Shown: one piece after another, positions 59,649-62,457 of the stretch | Layout of the letters: each line of letters starts with the position of its first letter | Position numbering within the stretch: the stretch's first letter is position 1 | DNA from: Patescibacteria group bacterium | GTDB lineage: Bacteria; Patescibacteriota; Patescibacteriia; Magasanikbacterales; GWA2-37-8 | Assembly (NCBI GenBank): GCA_041651015.1 | Contig: JBAZKA010000006.1 | Coordinates: 1 to 62,457 of the forward strand | Length of the DNA stretch: 62,457 bases | Direction: 5' to 3' | The notes under the pieces: generated by a model | Told to the model about the DNA's origin: nothing | Databases searched by the model: none | Seen by the model: only the letters and a program-made list of their open reading frames with translations | Program-made: the position numbers and the translations under genes

Positions 59649-61880
59649 ATGACAGTGAAAAACTGGTCCATGGAATGGGGCGGCCGAACACTTTCCGTAG
59701 AAATCGGAAAATTGGCTCTGCAGACCCAGTCCTCATGTGTGGTGCGCTATGGCGACACCGTAATTTTAGCGACTGCCGCGATGAGCAAGAACACTCGCGA
59801 CGGTATTGATTTTTTTCCTCTGATGGTGAATTTTGAGGAAAAATTATACGCGGCCGGCAAAATCAAAGGCAGTAGATTTATCAAACGCGAGGGCCGTCCG
59901 AGCGAAGAAGCAATTCTTTCCGGTCGTATGGTTGATCGCGCCATCCGCCCGTTGTTTGATGATTCCATGCGCAATGATACTCAAGTAATTTTGACCGCGC
60001 TGTCTTGGGATGGCGAGAATGATTCGCAGGTGCCGGCGTTTGTCGCCGCGTCGCTCGCCTTGGCCATTTCTCCGATTCCGTGGAACGGTCCGATTGCGGC
60101 CGCCCGTGTTGGCCGTAAGGAAGGCAGATTAATATTGAACCCAAGTTTCAAAGAGCGCGCCGAAGGTGATTTGGATTTGATGGTTTCGGGCACACCGGAA
60201 AAAGTCATTATGGTGGAAGCCGAAGTCAAAGAGGTCCCGGAAGAAGAAGTGATTGCCGCCATGCAGTTTGGCGCGATTGAAATGGGACCGGTTTTGGATT
60301 TTATCAAAAAAATTCAATCGGAAATTGGGCAAACAAAAATTGATTTACATGCGAATTTATCCGAGAATGAAATTAAATTGCGCGCAGTGGAACAACAAGT
60401 CCGTGAATTTGTCGGCTCGCATGTGGATGATTGGATTTTTGACGCGCCGAAAAAAGGCCGTCCGGAACGCGTGGCCTTAATTGAAAAATTTTCCTCTGCC
60501 ATCAAAGAAAAATTAGTGGCTGAAGAAACCGAAGAAAAAATAATTACCATTGTGCTCGGTAGAATAAAAATTTACGTGGAAGAATATATTTCCAAAAGAA
60601 TTTTGGAACAAGGCGAACGTCTTGATGGACGCGGTCTTACCGATGTGCGTGAATTGTATAGCGAGATCGGACTCTTGCCGCGCACACACGGCACCGGACT
60701 TTTCCAACGCGGCGATACACAAGTGTTGTCCGTGGTCACTCTCGGCGCGCCGGGTGATGTGCAAACTTTGGATACCATGGAAGAAGAAGGCACCAAGCGC
60801 TACATGCATCATTATAATGACACTCCGGCCACTTATGGCGAGACCGGCCCGCTTCGCGGTCCGGGCAACCGCGCCATCGGGCACGGCGCTTTGGCTGAAC
60901 GAGCCTTGATTCCGGTTTTGCCGGATGAGAAAGATTTCCCGTACGCTATCCGCGTGGTTTCCGAAGTGCTTGGCTCCAATGGTTCCAGTTCCATGGCCTC
61001 AACTTGCGGTTCCACTCTCGCCCTCATGGACGCGGGTGTGCCGATTCGTAAACCGGTCGCCGGCATTGCCATGGGCTTGGCTTCGGACAAAAATGGTAAA
61101 TGGCAAATCATTACTGATCTGCAAGATGTGGAAGACGGTCCGGGCGGTATGGATTTCAAAATCACCGGCACTGACTTTGGCATCACCGCCATCCAAATGG
61201 ATACCAAGACCGATGGTTTATCTTGGGACATTGTCAAACAAACTTTTGCGCAATCGCGTGAAGCTCGTTTGAAAATTTTGGATGTCATGGCTCAGACAAT
61301 CGCCGAACCGCATAAAGATTTGTCACCGTACGCTCCGCGCATCGTGACCATTCAAATCAATCCGGATAAAATCCGCGATGTGATTGGCCCGGGCGGAAAA
61401 ATCATCAACAAAATTATTGCCGATACAGGCGTGTCCATTGACATTGAACAAGACGGACGTGTGAATATTACTTCGGCCGATGCGATTGGTTTGGAAAAAG
61501 CCATCAAGATGGTGAAAGACATCACGCACGAAGTGACAGCCGGCGAACAATACGAAGGTACGGTCGTCCGCTTGGAAGACTTTGGCGCGTTTATAAATAT
61601 TTTACCGGGTCAGGACGGGTTGGTGCATGTCTCGGACATTGCTTGGGAACGTACTAACCGACCGAGTGATGTGTTGCATCTTAATGACAAAGTCAATGTG
61701 GTGGTGAAGGAAATTGACAGTTTGGGCCGGGTTAATTTGAGTATGAAAATGCTTACACCCAAGCCCGAAGGTTATGTGGAACAACCGCCCATGGAAAGAC
61801 GAAGCTTTGGCGGTGGCGGACGAGGCGGTCATGGCGCCACCGGTTCCCGCGGCGGCCACAGTGGTGGACGAGGAAGATAA
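59649..61880 (+). CDS. pnp: polyribonucleotide nucleotidyltransferase (PNPase) with an Arg/Gly-rich tail
   Basis: Two RNase PH domains, KH (IRDVIGPGGKIINKI) and S1 (GTVVRLEDFGAFINI), plus a GGGGRGGHG...GGRGR tail. Confidence 0.95.
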   Translation: MTVKNWSMEWGGRTLSVEIGKLALQTQSSCVVRYGDTVILATAAMSKNTRDGIDFFPLMVNFEEKLYAAGKIKGSRFIKREGRPSEEAILSGRMVDRAIRPLFDDSMRNDTQVILTALSWDGENDSQVPAFVAASLALAISPIPWNGPIAAARVGRKEGRLILNPSFKERAEGDLDLMVSGTPEKVIMVEAEVKEVPEEEVIAAMQFGAIEMGPVLDFIKKIQSEIGQTKIDLHANLSENEIKLRAVEQQVREFVGSHVDDWIFDAPKKGRPERVALIEKFSSAIKEKLVAEETEEKIITIVLGRIKIYVEEYISKRILEQGERLDGRGLTDVRELYSEIGLLPRTHGTGLFQRGDTQVLSVVTLGAPGDVQTLDTMEEEGTKRYMHHYNDTPATYGETGPLRGPGNRAIGHGALAERALIPVLPDEKDFPYAIRVVSEVLGSNGSSSMASTCGSTLALMDAGVPIRKPVAGIAMGLASDKNGKWQIITDLQDVEDGPGGMDFKITGTDFGITAIQMDTKTDGLSWDIVKQTFAQSREARLKILDVMAQTIAEPHKDLSPYAPRIVTIQINPDKIRDVIGPGGKIINKIIADTGVSIDIEQDGRVNITSADAIGLEKAIKMVKDITHEVTAGEQYEGTVVRLEDFGAFINILPGQDGLVHVSDIAWERTNRPSDVLHLNDKVNVVVKEIDSLGRVNLSMKMLTPKPEGYVEQPPMERRSFGGGGRGGHGATGSRGGHSGGRGR

Positions 61881-61947
61881 AATTGATGGAAGTGATAAAG
61901 TTGATGAATCGCCGCGCTTGATGAAAATGATGAAATGTCCGTTACGA

Positions 61948-62092
61948 GTCATCCTGAATTTATTTCAGGATCTTGGGCGGTTTGTCATTCCGAGCCGCAG
62001 CGAGGAATCCCTTCGGCAATGTCGCGCATCGTTGCGTGTCATTGCGAGAAGCGGAGCGACCTGCCTGCCGGCAGGCAGGCGTGGCAATCTAT
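61948..62092. repeat. three tandem REP-like hairpin units (GTCATYCY...RGRATC family)
   Basis: The units are GTCATCCTGAATTTATTTCAGGATC, GTCATTCCGAGCCGCAGCGAGGAATC, and GTCATTGCGAG...CCTGCCTGCCGGCAGGCAGG...GGCAATC. Confidence 0.6.
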
Positions 62093-62194
62093 CGGCGTGT
62101 GGTCGCAAAAAAATAATAAAAAATACTCCGATTTAAGTCGGGGTATTTTTGTTATCTTGATTTATCACTTAATATATTGTATAGTTTTCACAAT

Positions 62195-62278
62195 GCCGTG
62201 GTGGCGGAATTGGTATACGCGCAGGTCTTAGAAGCCTGTTCCCGCAAGGGATTGAGAGTTCGAGTCTCTCCCACGGCA
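62195..62278 (+). tRNA. tRNA-Leu(UAG), no encoded CCA
   Basis: Acceptor GCCGUGG/CCACGGC. Anticodon arm CAGGU-CUUAGAA-GCCUG. Long variable arm. T arm GAGAG-UUCGAGU-CUCUC. Confidence 0.85.
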
Positions 62279-62345
62279 CAACGCTCGGCGCTGTGAAAGT
62301 GACGCTCAGCGTCACACAGGCGACGCAATAACCAAAGTCAAGTTT

Positions 62346-62457
62346 TCAATGCACCACTTTATTAAATACTTCGTTCGGCGTTTGGTAGTTTAAACACTTC
62401 CTCGGCCGGTTATTTAGCTTCTCTTGGATTAGATAAATATCCTCATCCGTCATTTGG
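62346..62457 (-). CDS. IS30-family transposase, C-terminal fragment (continues beyond the window)
   Basis: Minus-strand translation ...QMTDEDIYLIQEKLNNRPRKCLNYQTPNEVFNKVVH* matches the characteristic IS30 C-terminal LNNRPRK...TPNEVF motif. Confidence 0.7.
   Translation of the reverse strand, partial: QMTDEDIYLIQEKLNNRPRKCLNYQTPNEVFNKVVH

Noticed and set aside
60833-61288. 151-aa minus-strand ORF and other antisense ORFs inside pnp
   Set aside because: They lie entirely within the strongly supported PNPase coding region. They have no independent signals.

Overview
The window looks like a chromosomal segment of a small-genome, Patescibacteria/CPR-like bacterium. This lineage call is an inference from gene content and protein families, not from a marker phylogeny.

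Backbone genes:
- Translation and RNA metabolism: gatB, trpS, rlmH, tgt, efp, rplA, rpsO, pnp, rnc, and seven tRNA genes.
- DNA metabolism: ruvB, a uvrD/pcrA-type helicase, and a dTTP-synthesis operon (tmk-thyX-dut-kinase-dCMP deaminase).
- nrdD and nrdG, preceded by two NrdR boxes.
- Envelope functions: galU, a flippase, a GT28 glycosyltransferase, a SpoIID-domain protein, and type IV pilus minor pilins.

The window starts with a complete IS481-like element and ends inside an IS30-family transposase.

Most notable features:
1. A ten-member family of T4SS-pilin-like (VirB2/TrbC-type) small membrane proteins, nine of them in one tandem array (50176-55600). Several carry a conserved cysteine-rich C-terminal mini-domain or larger Cys-rich fusions.
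2. An AT-rich two-gene islet next to the tRNA-Gly/tRNA-fMet pair. It encodes a TcmP-like protein and a radical-SAM-like protein with an atypical CxxxCxxxC motif.
3. A roughly 90-nt two-hairpin leader shared by two unlinked tRNA-Gly genes.
4. A roughly 300-nt structured RNA candidate of unknown class, bounded by a promoter and a terminator (4006-4316).
5. Several visibly GC-richer ORFans with strong Shine-Dalgarno sites, some beside tRNA genes with att-like duplications.
6. Three short intergenic repeat families.

No CRISPR array, cas gene, reverse transcriptase or rRNA was seen. All calls come from reading the sequence and the ORF translations by eye. Coordinates of RNA and regulatory features are approximate to a few nucleotides.
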